Assembly: GCF_030144855.1 (NCBI RefSeq)
Contig: NC_082709.1
Coordinates: 149,172,001-149,236,000, forward strand
Direction: 5' to 3'
DNA: 64,000 bases
Source: Hypanus sabinus
Taxonomy: Eukaryota
Part shown: piece by piece, positions 37,751 through 50,939 of the stretch
Layout: every line of letters starts with the position of its first letter
Numbering within the stretch: the first letter of the stretch is position 1
The notes under the pieces: model-generated
Seen by the model: only the letters and a program-made list of their open reading frames with translations
Databases searched by the model: none
What the model was told of the DNA's origin: nothing
Made by a program: the position numbers and the translations under genes

Positions 37751-39229
37751 GCTGCCACAGAAAGAGAAAAACAAATGTCATGACATATGCGAGTGATGAT
37801 AAAGGTGATTCCAATGTGGGTCTCTGTTGTGGACTGGGAGTGCAAAGGGGGCAGGGAGAGGGGAATCATTGTTGGGGATAGGGAAAGAGAGAGTTTAGGA
37901 GCAGGAAACAGCAGTGAGACATTCTGTAATGATCAATAAGCCAATTGTTTGAAATCAAATGACCTTGATTGGTGTCTTGGGGCTGGGAGTGTTTGCACGT
38001 GGGTCACACCCCCCATCCCTGGCATTCCTTTTCTGCCACGCGTCCCACACCCCTCCTGTAGCACTCCACCCTGGACATTTCCAACTTCCTTTGCTTCTGC
38101 AAGATTTATAAACTCTCACTTCACTCCACATTGACAAATAGAGTATTGTGGAAAAGTCTTGAGCACATATGAAGACTTTTGCATAGTCCTACATATGCCA
38201 TTCATAAGACATAGGAGCAGAATTAGACCACTCGCCTGAGCGAGTCTGCTCTGCCATTCTATCATGGCCGATTTATTATCCTGCTTAAGCGCTTTCCTGT
38301 CTTTTGCCTGTAACCTTTGCCCTTACTAATCAAGAACCTATCAACCCATACTTTAAATATCCCCTATGACGTCCTCCACAGCAGTCTCCAGCAATGAATT
38401 CCACAGATTCATCCTCTGGCTGAAGAAAGTCATTCTCATCTCTGTTCTAAACGGAAGTCCCTCTATTCTACTCAGCGCTTGTTGATCTGATGTGACCTCT
38501 GGATAGCTGGCATGCAACCGCAGCGTATTCCAGCCTGGACCCTGACTCTTTACTCTCCTTTATACCTGTCTTTAAAGCCTGTTCTCCCCTTTAGCTGCCT
38601 GCATTGTTCCCAAAACCACTGCTATTATTGATCGGTTCCAGCAGATGATTCTAGTCACTTCAATTTGATAATATATTGTGGGTTATAATTATTTAATTCA
38701 TGGGTATTCAAGGAGTTATTGTTGGTCACTACCTTACTAGAGCAGCTGCACAAATATGCCTTGTTGTGGAGACAATTCTGCACCAAGGGACATGTGCAAG
38801 GCATGCTGGGAGTATTCTGCATGGACCAGGACGAATGTGGCTCCAACAACACTTGAATCTTGACATTATCCATAACAAAGCTGACATCTTCCATTTTCCA
38901 ACATGGTCAGTGCTTGCCATCTAAATTTGCCGTAAAAGCTTGCAGAATTTTGGCAGCTCATTGACAGGAGAGAAGCAGTGCCACTAACTGTTGCTAGGTC
39001 ATTGCAAAGTTCTTTTGCCTGGTCCTAACCTGGGAATTTTCTGCTTTCTTTTCATTGTTGCTGGAGGGAAATTTCCCAGTAATTTTCTAACCAATGCTCT
39101 TCAGCACAGACAACAGTAATTCAAGTAGGTGGCATACCTCTATCTTAACTCGATAAATTTTAATTTTTCCATCATTGCCTACTTCCTGTGGATTAATGAA
39201 AATAAATATATATTTTTCATCTTTTGCTA

Positions 39230-40110
39230 ATGCAAATATCTAATCAGCCAATGACGTGGCTGCAACTCAATTCATAAAAACATGCAGACGTGGTCAAGGG
39301 GTTCAGTTGTGGTTCGGTTGTTCTTCAGAAGGAACTAAAAATGTGATCTAGGTGACTTTGACTGTGGAATAATTGTTGATTCTAGTTAGGGGAGTTTGAC
39401 TATCCCAGAACTACTGATCTGCTGGTTTTCATGTACAACAGTGTCTGGAGTTCACAGAGAATGGTTCAAAACACAAATAATCATCCAGTGAGCAGCAGTT
39501 CTGTGGGCCAAAATGTCATTTTAATGCGAGAAGTCAGAGGAGAATGGCGAGACTGGTTCACATTGAGAGGAAGAGTACACGCTTTAGAACAGTGGTTTCT
39601 GAAAACAGTTTCTTTGGAGAGAAGTTGGATGAGAGGAGACATGATAGGGGTGTACAAGATATTAAGAGGAATAGATAGAGTGGATAGTCAGTGCCTCTCC
39701 CCCAGGGCACCACTGCTCAGTACAAGAGGACATGGCTTTAAGGTAAGGGGAGGGAAGTTCAAGGGGGATATTAGAGGAAGGTTTTCCACTCAGAGAGTGG
39801 TTGGTGCGTGGAATGCACTGCCTGAGTCAGTGGTGGAGGCAGATACACTAGTGAAGTTTAAGAGACTACGAGACAGGTAAATGGAGGAATTTAAGGTGGG
39901 GGGTTATATGGGAGGCAGGGTTGAGGGTCGGCACAACATTGTGGGCCAAAGGGCCTGTAATGTGCTGTACTATTCCATGTTCTATGTGTGCAGAAGATTG
40001 TCTTTGAATGCACAGCGTGTTAAACCTTAAACTGGACGAGCTACAGCTGCAGAAGACGAGCATAAACTCAGTGGCAACTTGATTAGGTATAGGATCTATC
40101 TATTAAAGTG
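39230..40110 (+). mobile_element. Non-autonomous Tc1-like element split by a CR1 3' end (about 39600-39985)
   Basis: Same family as 35970-37210; ends aaagtggccagtgagtgta; CR1 piece GDMIGVYKILRGIDRVD. Confidence 0.7.
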
Positions 40111-40188
40111 GCCAGTGAGTGTATTTGTAGCTTAAAAAAATATTTTTTGTGTTTCATATAACTTCAGTAGAGAGTTGTTGTTTTCTAG

Positions 40189-40315
40189 GGTTCCCCATTC
40201 ACCATAACGGTAGAAGGCAAATTCCGTGAGCACGTTGGCATATTCCACTGCTGCACGTTCTGCTCCAGTGGTGGACAAAAGGATGTCCGTTGTGGCTGCA
40301 AAGGGACAATGCCAG
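40189..40315 (+). CDS. TRIM45: TRIM45 coding exon 5
   Basis: GSPFTITVEGKFREHVGIFHCCTFCSSGGQKDVRCGCKGTMP; g|gtgagc. Confidence 0.93.
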
Positions 40316-40465
40316 GTGAGCTTGATAAAATGTCTGGTCTGTATAGTGCCTCAGCAACACGCTTTTTTGCAATAATAAACAATTAATTGTCAGATTTAAA
40401 GGCTGTGTAATAGTGAGTAATTAAGCCAAGTGATTAAAACTTAACACAGTGATCTGCAAGTATTA

Positions 40466-40760
40466 ACACAAGAAAATCTGCAGATGCTGGAAATCCAAGC
40501 AACACACACAAGATGCAGGAGGAACTCAGCAGGCCAGGCAGCATCTGTGGAAAAGAGTACAGTCGACTTTTCGGGCTGAGACCCTTCAACAGGACTGGGG
40601 AAAAGAAAGATGAGAAGTCAGAGCAAGAAGGTGCTTTAACTTCTCATAATTTTCCAATCCTGATGAAGGGTCTGGGCCCAAAGCGTGACTGTTTAATCTT
40701 TTTCATAGATGCTGCCTGGCCTGCTGAGTTCCTCCAGCATGTTGAGTGTACTGTTCTGCA
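40466..40760. repeat. Inverted pair of Penelope pLTR ends
   Basis: gatgcaggaggaactcagcaggccaggcagcatct...acccttcaacaggac versus ctgatgaagggtctgggccc...gatgctgcctggcctgctgagttcctccagcat. Confidence 0.8.
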
Positions 40761-40949
40761 AATATTGTGGTTTTTTTTCTCTGATATGTAAATTATGGCA
40801 GAATTTGTTCATTGCTTTGGACAGTTTATTAAAATAATTCACACTGAGCTCATCAATTTTGTAAAGCAAAGAAAACTTCAGAGTACACGTCACCACTTAC
40901 AACCCTGAGATTCTTTTTCTGCGAACATACTTAACAAATCTATAGAAAA

Positions 40950-42300
40950 ATAATTCGTGCTGAGCTCATCAATTTCATCAACTTTGCCTCCCACTTCGAC
41001 CCTGTCCTTAAATTCACTTGGCCCATTTCTGACACCTCCTTCCCCTTTCTTGATCTCTCTGTCATCATTTCTAGAGATGAACTGATGACTGACATCTTTT
41101 ATAAAACCTACCAGTTTCCACAACTACCTTGACTATTTCTCTTCCCACCCTGTCTCTTGCAAAAATGCTTTTCCCTTTTCTCAGTTCCTTCATGTCTACC
41201 ACATCTGTTCCCAGCATGAAACTTTCCTTTCCAGAACCTCAGAGATGCCGTCATTTGTAGAGGAATGGGGTTTCCCTTCCTCCACAATTGATGCTACCCT
41301 CACTCACACCTCCTCCATTTCTCGAAAATTCGCGCTCACCCCATCTTCCCACCACCTTAACGGTGATAGAGTTCCTCATCCTGAGCTAGCACCCCATTTG
41401 CCTCTTGAATCCAAATCATCATTCTCCACAACTACAGCCATCTTCAAAGGCATCCTACTGCCAACCATCTTTCCCTCCTCTCCCACCCGCCGCCGCCTTC
41501 CACAGGGATCACTCCCTCCAAGATTCTCTTGTCCATTTGTGCCTCCCCTCCTGGCACTTACCCTTGCATGCAGCTTAAATGTCTCACCTGCCCGTTCACC
41601 TCCTCTCTCGCCTCAATTAAAGTCCCCAAACAGTCCTTCAAGATGAGGTAACACTTCACCTGTGAATCTTTTGTGTCCACTGCTCCTGATGTGGCCTCCT
41701 CTACATTGGTGGGACCCATCATAAATTGGGGGATTGCTTTGTCAAGTACCTCTACTCCATCAGGCAAAAGTGGAACTTGGCAGTGGCCAAACATTTTAAT
41801 TCTGTTTCCCATTCCCATTCCGACATGTCAGTCCATGGCCTCCTCTTGTGCCACAATGAGGCCACACTCATGTTGGAGCGACAACACCTTATGTTCCATC
41901 TGGGTAACCTCCAACCCGATGGCATGAATGTTGATTTCCGCTTTGGTAAAAAAGAATTCTCACCCTTCCCTCTTCTATTTCGCTCTCTGCTCTCTTACCT
42001 CTAATCATGTTCCCTTAACCTTTCTACCCCCACCCCCGCCCTTGGTGCTCCTGCTCTTTCCCTTTCCCTTATCGTCCACTCTTCTCTCCTATCAGAATCC
42101 TACTTCTCCAGCCTTTGACTTTTCCCACCCACTTGGCTTCACCTATCACCTTCTAGCTATTCTCCCGCCACCCTGGTTCTGTTATCTTCCCCCCTTCCTT
42201 TCCAGTCCTGAAGAAGGGTCTCGGCCCAAAATGTCGGCTGTTTGTTCATTTCTATGGATGCTGCCTGACCTGTTGAGTTCCTCCAGCATTTTGTGTGTGT
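40950..42300 (+). mobile_element. Penelope-like element 3' half (degenerate RT, GIY-YIG, pLTR)
   Basis: Parallels 11090-13200 (ELINFINFASHF..., HFTCES..., VAKHFNS); pLTR ctgaagaagggtctcggccc at 42208. Confidence 0.85.
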
Positions 42301-42991
42301 TGCCTTAGAAACTGAATATGCTTTTCTCTTTAATAAATAAAAACAAAGTGCTGGAATCATTCAGCAGGTCACTCACCTGTGGGAAGAGAAACAGGATGAA
42401 TGTGAGGATGACGACTCTGTTCAAACTGATTGACAGGTTGATAAAGGAAGGTTTTTCTTTCTGATTTTATTCAGAAACCAGAATTAAGATTCAGAAATGA
42501 ATTTCATGGCTGTATATGGTGACATATATTGTATTTGATAATAAATTTATATCGAATTTTGAACTTTATAGATTTCAACATAATAAAGAGTCTGACAAGA
42601 TGGGTGGTGAAGGAACTGAGCATTAAAACAAGTGGTTTGACCCAGGATATTTCATTATTTGAAGTGACTTACCTTTGTTAAGTGGTGCCAGAAGGCAAAA
42701 TGTGAGGTGTAAATTTGTTAAATATATATTTCTATGAAATTTTATACATGAAGAAACTTTATGAACCAGATCTTCTTTTGTCCTTGATGGAACATGAAGA
42801 CAGTGAAAATGATTAAATATTTGATTTTTAAAATTTTGAATGTTTATTCCTTTACATAGATGCTGCCTGGCCTGTTGAATTCCTCCAGCATTTTATGTGT
42901 ATTGCTGTAAATGTTTTTCTGACATGGTTTTACATGAGGTTTACAGGCATTATTCTGTTAACACCAGTGTCTCTTTGCCTTTGATTGGTAG

Positions 42992-43140
42992 GTGGGTTTC
43001 AAGGCTGCGGACATGGACATAAAACTCATCCTGGCCATCCGCATTGGTCCTGTTGTGGAAATGCGAGTAAGGATTCGGAATGCTTTGGAGCACTGCATGG
43101 CAGCTCATACCCGAACCTGGTTAGGACTGTTGCTCTGTAG
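42992..43140 (+). CDS. TRIM45: TRIM45 last coding exon
   Basis: GGFQGCGHGHKTHPGHPHWSCCG...NLVRTVAL*; the six exons total 1695 nt, i.e. 564 aa plus stop. Confidence 0.95.
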
Positions 43141-45049
43141 TAATTACTGCGATCCCGCGTCTATCAAATACATGAGAGTGAGGAAATGCCTGTTAAACCA
43201 ACTTCATTAATCATGAACAGAGTACTTTTTTCTCTTAAGATTTTGTCATCTGATTTGGTTTTTCCACTCAGTGTAAAGACAGAAAAAGAAATGTTCTGAT
43301 CAGGTTAGTATTGATTACCCTGTTGCTCATGTTTTGTGGCAGAACTCTAATGATTGTGTGTGAGACTGAATGTATGCTATGTATTCCAACTTTCTATATT
43401 TATCACCTTTATATACACTAATTCTCATTAATAATGCTTAACACTACTAACAACAATTACTGGAACAAGTTCATGGGGATATTCCCTGTAGACTGGGACT
43501 AGTTTGATACACGATTTTGAACTAACTTCGTGCATTCTCCTTGTACCAGATGTAGGAGCTTCCTTTTGACTCTGACAGTTAGTCTCACAATCCTGAATGC
43601 AAAGAACTCTGTTTCTACAATAGATTGGATCCCTTGGAGATATTGCTCCAGTGGGCACTTTCTGTCATTTGCCTTGGAATTGTTTATATACTTGATAAGT
43701 TTTAGCCCTTACTGGGTCATTTTCAGTCTGGATGTCATTGATCAGCTTGTAACTTATTAGCACCAAATGCCTTTGTCTGATCACAATTTGATCAAGCATT
43801 TTTTTTTCCTCCAACTGTCTTGTCAGTCCACTGATAAAATCATATATTGAATCTTAACCTTGTGGGTTTCCCCTCGCAAGCTGTCTTGTACAGTTGCAAC
43901 ATTGCCTTCCCAGTTCCATTGGTATACTTTCTGGGTAAAAACCTTCGGCCCATAAATCCACCTTCTGGAAGTCCCTGGTTACATTCTTGGGAATTTTTCA
44001 AAATTTGCTGAAAGCATAGAAAAAATGTTAAATGTCCTGAGTCATTGTCATGCAAAGAGCTGCAAGGGAGGAATATGTTTCAACATTTTGTTTTGTGGAT
44101 TTCACAAATACATGGTGATAAAAGGGATCGATTGATTGCTCCCTGTCTTGCTGAGTGCTTCCAGCGATTTTTGCTTCATAAGTTCAGCAGATGCAGTTTT
44201 TAAAAATTATTTTTCCAGTGTTTCCCTCACTATGCTAATGTTCCCAAATTGTCAAGATCCTCACTCACCACTGTCCAGAGACCTTATCAGCCCTCCCCAG
44301 TGAGACAGGTGCCTCCTCCAGTCTGATTAGTGCTCACAATGTGACCTCTATATTGGCAAGATCAAACGTAGACTAGGCAACTATTTTCAGAATTCCTGCA
44401 CTCTGTTTGCAACAGTCATCTGCAGCTTCTGACGGTGCGATATTTCAACTTCCATTCCACACCATTCTGGTTGTTCCCTGCCATCTCCACTCCTACAGTG
44501 AGGCCAAATGCAAACCATCTCTAATTCCACTTGGGTAGCCTTCAATCCAATAGCATGAATATTGAACTTTCCAATTTCAGGTAACTGATTTTGCCCTCTT
44601 CCTTTCCCACTCAGGGTGCCTCTCGTCCTTTGTTTACCTTTTACATCCCTGCTGTATCTCGTTCCATCTGCCTATCATCCCTCCTTTAACTGGTTCCATT
44701 GATCACCTACCAACCTCTGTCCCCACCCTCATCCACCCAGCAAATGAGGAAGAGAATTACTAGCTTACCATTGATTATAGATTTTTTAAAAACTCCATTT
44801 GTGTGGACAAGGAGCCAACAGTATTATATTCTAAATGTGGTTTGGAGCAGAGCATGTTGACATGACAACCAGTGGAAGTGCCTCTGGCCACTTTGGTCCA
44901 GTTTCCTCAAATAATTTGGCCATACGGCTTTTCAGGGCCCATTTTGTCCGTCTATTGCCCCCATAGATTCTGTGCGGAACAGGCAGGCAAAGTGATGATT
45001 ACACTGCAAGGCTTTTGCTAACTCCTGTATCGCTCTTACCTGTAAAGTG

Positions 45050-45530
45050 AGGACGGTGTCACTTGAAATGTCCTCAAGGATTCTAAACCTAGGAATAAAC
45101 TTTTATAATAAAATTTAGCAATGCTTACAGCATCCTTTCTACGAGTTGGATAACTGTGTAATACAGATAACTTGGAAATATACATATTACGTCTAGGAAG
45201 TGGGCCATGAAGCAGCAGATACTGATGGTGTTTTCCCTGGATTATGTCCCTCACAAATCTTATAGTTCACCACCATTTTTCCTTCCAAAGCTGGGAATAC
45301 TGGCACATACCACTCATTTTCGATTATACCCATCGTACCCCTTTTGCCTGTATGTATTAATTCATGTACCTTACGGACAAGCCAAGGTAGAAGAGTGGAT
45401 TCCCACTGGTGCATTGTTAACGTGCATTGTTGTGCATTAGAAAACAAAGGTGATATCCCTGATGTGTATTATATGTCAAGAATTATGGTACATCTATATC
45501 TGCCACTTCAGGAAATGCGGACTCAGTTCA
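45050..45530 (-). mobile_element. Isolated retroviral integrase N-terminal fragment
   Basis: LLPWLVRKVHELIHTGKRG...VVNYKICEGHNPGK (HHCC with one Cys lost), then YPTRRKDAVSIAK. Confidence 0.65.
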
Positions 45531-46419
45531 TGCGTATTTTGTAGCTTGCATTTAAATGCAGGCCATTATCAGCTTTGATTGTAGAAGCCATATTGATGAA
45601 TGCTGCAAAGATATTAATATCTGAGATAACATGAGTGTAATATGAAGCGCTCAAATATTGCACTGAACTGAATTCTTACTCCTAGATTTTAACACTTGTG
45701 AACTATTATTGTGGTGGTTGACAAAAAAGCTGAACGATGCAGTAAAATCCTTTAGTGTCCAAGTACTAAGCGGCTACCTTTCACCGGGGTGTGGAACTTG
45801 TAAGCTTTTAATATACCTGTTACTTGATGTTGCTAGTATGCTTCCCTAATACTTGTGTCTTAATTTTTTTTTTGCAAAGTTTCTACTTTAGTTTGTACCA
45901 ATAAGAAATGCACATTTATTGCCTTTTATGTACTTCCTTATTTATTTCTAAACAATTTGTTTTGTGTATTAAATGATAATTGTGGATAAGTAGCTTTAAA
46001 AATATAAATAAACAACTTTTTCTTTGTTTTTACACCAATTTTAAGCAGAAGTTTTGCACTAGGATGTTAAGATTTTCATCTTTGGAAAATAAAATCCAAC
46101 AGGTGCACTGTGTATTTCTGATGGTCACCACCTTTACAATAGAAATGTAATTCTATTAATTAGGAAACCTTTGTAAGGAACATGGTTTGCAATGCTCTCA
46201 GTTGAACTCTGAGTCAAGGCATAACAGACTATATCAAATGTAGGTTATACTAGAATGAACTGCACAGGAAGTATTATGATGAAATAGATTGAGAAAACTG
46301 TGTTGAAATGATGACTTACTGTAATGCTTCCTGATATAGCAGACAGCTAACTTAACCACATGGTTCTTTCCAAAAATTAAATTACAATTTAGATGTTGAG
46401 AACATCACAACAGCAGATG

Positions 46420-47900
46420 ACATAAAGAGAATTAAGCCATTCAGCCCATTGAGTCAGCTCTGCCATTCCATGAAGGCTGATTTATATTTCTTCTCAACCC
46501 CATTCTCCTGCCTTCACTTTTTAACTTTTGACACCATTACTAATTAAGAACCTATCAACCCCTGCTTTAAATATACCCAATGACTTGGTCTCCACAGTTG
46601 TCTACGGCAATAAATTCCACTAATTCAACACTCCTAATTCCTGTTTTAAAGGGACATTCTTCTATTCTGAGGCAGTGCCCTCTGGTCTTAGACTCCCCAC
46701 TCTTGGAACCATCCTCTCCACGTCCACTCTATCTAGGCCCTTCAATATTCAATAGGTTTCAATGAGATTTCGCCCACCCCCATTCTTCTAAGCTCTAGCG
46801 AATTCAGGTCCAATATTAACCGTTTAATTCCCAGGATCATTCTTGTGACCCTGCTCTGGACTCTCTCCAATACCAGCACATTCTTTCATATATTGAGGTC
46901 CAAAATAAGTTTAAGCCATTAATGGACAAAGATACTTTCTATTTTGATTCCTATGGCTTTGCTTTCAAAAATGCTGTTTTTATGAATATAATATAAAGTA
47001 ATGAATGAAGGAGGTTCACAAAAAGGATAATATGAATTTGGGCCTATTGTGCATATGAGTCCACTGGTGTTCAGAGATGGCCTATCATGGGGTTGGAGGA
47101 CTGTGTGTACGTGGATGAGTGGGGAGGTGAATGGGAGGGAGGAATTCCTGGAATCATCCTTGCAAACATCCTCTGTTCACTCTCCAATGACAACACTTCC
47201 TTTCTGAGATATGGGACCTAAAACTGTTAACAATACCCCAAGTGCAGCCTGACTAGTGTCTCATAAAGCCTCAGCATTATCTCCTTGCTTTTATGTGCTA
47301 TTCCTCTTGAAATAAATGCCACCATTGCATTTGCCTCCTTTACCACAGGCCCAAGCTATAAATTCATTTTCTGGGGTGCTTGCAAGAGGACTCCTAAGTC
47401 CATCTACACCTCTGGTGTTTGAACCTTCTCCCCATTTAGATAATAGTCCACACTATTGTACCTTTTACCAAAATGCATTATCGTACATTTCCCAACACTC
47501 TATCCCATCTGCCTTTTTTTTTGCCCATTCTTCCAATTTGTATGTCCTGCTGCAATCGCATTGCTTCCCCAGCACTACCTACTCCTCCACCTATCTTCGT
47601 ATCATCTGAAAACTTTGCCACAAAGCCATCAATTCCATTATAGAAATCATTAACAAACAATATGAAAAGTAGCAGTTCCTATACTGACCCCTGAGGAATG
47701 CCACTGATTACTGGCAGACATCCCGAAAAGGCCCCTTTTATTCCCACTCGCTGCCTCCCGCCTGTCAGCCATTCCTCTATCCATGCCAGTATCCTTTCTG
47801 TAACACCACAGGAATTTGTCTTGTTAAGCACCTTATCAAATGCCTTCTGAAATCCAAGTAAATTACATCCACTGCCTCCCCTTTGTCCACCCTGCTTAGT
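46420..47900 (-). mobile_element. Two CR1 3' fragments
   Basis: Tail at 46430-46560; GFVAKFSDDTKIGGGVGS at 47478-47660. Confidence 0.8.
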
Positions 47901-49237
47901 ACTTACAACATAGAAATGTACAGCACATTACAGGCCCATCATCCCACAATGTTGTGCCGACCGTGTAACCTACTCTAGAAACTGTCAGAATTTCCGTGTG
48001 TGTGTGTAATAGTTGAATTAAAAAAGTAGTGCAAAGACAAAAATAAAAACTGCAGTGAGGAAGTGTTCATGAGTTCAATGTCCATTTAGAAATCCGATGG
48101 CAGGGAAGAAGCTGTTCCTGAATTGGTGTGTTTGTGTGCCTTCAGGCTTCTGTACCTCCTTCCCAATAACAACAATGAGAAGAGGTTATGTCCTGGGTGA
48201 AGGGGTCCTTAATGATGGATGCCACCTTTCTGAGGCACTGCTTCTCGAAGATGTACTGGAGGCTAATACCCATGATGGAGCTGACTGGTTTAACAACCTT
48301 CTGCAGCTAAATTCAATCCTGTGCAGTACCACCGCCCGCCACCCCCCCCCCCATACCAGACGGTGATGCATCCAGTCATAAGGCTCTCCAAGATACATCT
48401 GTAGAAGTTTTCGAGTGCTTTAGGTGACCAAAGGCAATAAACCAAATCTCAAACTCCTGAAGAAATATAGCCGCTGTCTTACCTTTTTTATAGCTTCTTC
48501 AGTATGTTGGGACCACATACAGAGCTCCTGCTTATTTCCCTCCAGAAGCTGTGTCTTTTTTCACTCCTCCATCTTCCTCTTTTGTCATCCCGCTCCTGCA
48601 TTTGTCTCCTAACTCCACCCTATTTTCCCTATACTAGGCTTAATATTCCTCTCATCCTTTATCCTTCCCCCGTCCACCACTCTCATCTGCCTGGCTCACC
48701 ACTCCCTTGTTCTGCTTTCTACTGATTACCTTGGCTCTGAATACTGATACCAGAAGCACCAACAGCTCCCACCCCACAGGTGAAGCTGGACTCCCCAAGG
48801 CTGCCCTGCAAAGTATTTGTTGCTCCATAATGCCCTGTAGGATGTGCAGACTCTGTCGCGGGCACATGGGTCAACCGCTGGGCTGTTGCGTTCCCCTTCT
48901 GTGACTGGTGCGTGGCATCTAAGAACTTACGATTGAGTGACTTGTTCTCGCGTCTTTCTCGGTCACGGAGTAGCCGTGAGCCAGAAGTCGGCGAGCAGGT
49001 ATTAGGGACGGGCGTGGTCTGTCCCGGGAACCGCTTGCTGTGACGGGGAACTAGAAATCAAATGGATTTTAAAACATAATTCAAGCTATCCATTTGCAAG
49101 TCAGATAATGGCTAGTCACATTGCTGAAAATATCTTTAAAAAGGAAATGATGAAACGAGAACTGACCATATCAGTTACTGAAAAGCGAATCGTTTAAAAC
49201 AGTTATTCCTGAGCCCCAGCCTTTACGAAGAAAAATT

Positions 49238-49268
49238 ATGATCACCATTCTGCTCCTGGCAGCAATCT
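49238..49268 (+). CDS. Leader exon (L1) of a VJ-type IgSF gene
   Basis: ATG ATC ACC ATT CTG CTC CTG GCA GCA ATC T|gtaagt = MITILLLAAI, phase 1, 97-nt intron. Confidence 0.85.
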
Positions 49269-49365
49269 GTAAGTATAATATTCAAAAGTGACACACAATT
49301 GTTCACTCTTAATGTATAATTATGATGTTTGCTACTTGCAACTTTAACGAGCTGTATTATGATAG

Positions 49366-49710
49366 GTGTTGCCACAGGACTGGATTTGCAGCAATCTCCT
49401 CGATCGCTCCGGCTGCTGGCGGGGGATTCTGCCTCCTTCAGCTGTAGTTTACAAGGCAATGGAGAGTTAGTAAAAGGCAGCTTTTATTGGCATTTTACTA
49501 AAGAAACGTCTGGTGATTTGCACGCGAGAAACATCAGCGCCAAGAGTGGAGATGGTCGCATCAGTGTGTTTGGAACTAATTCTCCAAGTTTCAGAAGCTC
49601 CTTGACGATTAACAACCTTGAGCTGGCAGACAGCGGGACGTATTATTGCAACGCTATCACTTCGCGCTCCGAGAATATTCAGGGCTTCGGATCTCGGCTG
49701 ATTGTTGAAG
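49366..49710 (+). CDS. Germline-joined VJ Ig V-set exon (non-rearranging antigen-receptor-like gene)
   Basis: (C)VATGLDLQQSPRSLRLLAGDSASFSC...FYWHF...DGRISV...SSLTINNLELADSGTYYCNAITSRSENIQGFGSRLIVE G|gtaggg; open frame, both Cys, Trp, DxGxYYC and a J-like GxG(S)xLxV motif. Confidence 0.92.
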
Positions 49711-49980
49711 GTAGGGTAGAAAGACGGCTAAAAGCTCCATATAATTTTTGTGAATCACGTATCAGACTAGTATTTTATCAACTTCATTCACGAGAGGGCA
49801 CATTGGTATGACTCCTTTGTTGTATTTTTTTCTCTCTCACGGTAACACATCGAAGCTGCACCCTCTCTAACATGCTGGTGGAGAGAGTTTTATTCTGTTT
49901 TTTTTAGTGCTGGAAATATTTTTTACTCAATTTCCCCCGGCATCAATAAAGTATGTCTGCCTGTCTGTCTTTCTTTCCAG

Positions 49981-50165
49981 ATATCACCGCTGCCACAATG
50001 TCCAGGTCTGAATTCTAATTTCTATCGTTCCCGAGTCCCCGACAAGGAGGCTCAATTTTATTCCTGATACATGCTTGTAACCAAGAGTTTATGATCCACA
50101 CACAAATGCCCCATCCTTCGCAGTCCCGATGCAGCGTCTTGGCGCGAAGATAGCATCGTAAAACA
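49981..50165 (+). pseudogene. Possible degenerate C1 exon 5' part of the right VJ gene
   Basis: Strong acceptor tttctttccag ends 49980; a frame mosaic gives ...QV*ILIS, PRQGGSILFLI, TCL, VTK; cut by a CR1 insertion at about 50170. Confidence 0.3.
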
Positions 50166-50169
50166 TAGA

Positions 50170-50575
50170 GGCCATCGAGTCTGTTCCGCCATTACATCGT
50201 GGCTGATTTATTATCTCTCATTTATTTCCAGCATCCTGTCTTTTCCCCGTTACCTTTGACGCCCTGACTAATCAAGAACCTGGCAATCACTGCTTTAAAT
50301 ATAATCTTGACTTGACCTTCACAGATTCACCACCCGCTGGCGAAAGAAATTCAACCTCACCTCTGTTCTAAGTGGACGTCCCTTTATTTTGAGGCTGTGG
50401 CCTTTGGTCCTAAACTCACCCACTATAGGAAACATCCAGTCCACATCCACTCTATCTAAATCCTTCGATATTCATTACGTTTCAATGAAATCCTCACCCC
50501 CCCCCCCCCCCCCCGCTCCTCTTCTAAACTCCAGCAAGTACAGGTCCAGAGCCGGCAAACGCGTATCGTACATTA
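50170..50575 (-). mobile_element. CR1 3' end
   Basis: aaacatagaggccatcgagtctg tail; LRLWPLVLNSPT antisense text. Confidence 0.8.
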
Positions 50576-50939
50576 ACCCACAAACAAGAGAAAATCTGCA
50601 GATGCCGGTGATCCGAGCGACGTATACAAAATGCTGGAGGAACTCAGATGGCCAGGCAGTATCTATGGGAAAAAGTACAGTGGACGTTTTGGGCCAAGAC
50701 CCTTCGGCTGTGTCCCGTATTGATCACACTTTTTGATTTTGCTTCCATGTTATACATCAACTCACCCACTGACTGCAACTTTGCCCTATCATTTGCCCGT
50801 CCTTCCTCACATTCTCATTACACACTGCATCTACTTGTATACCAACTGCCCCATCCTCAGCCCTATCTCTCCGGTTCTCATTACCCCTGCCAAATTAGTT
50901 TAAATCCTCCCCAACTGCTCTAGCAAACCCGAATTTGCC

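Noticed and set aside
49090-49100. Octamer-like atttgcaa upstream of the V leader
   Set aside because: Mismatch to ATTTGCAT; a single imperfect 8-mer is not evidence of an Ig-type promoter
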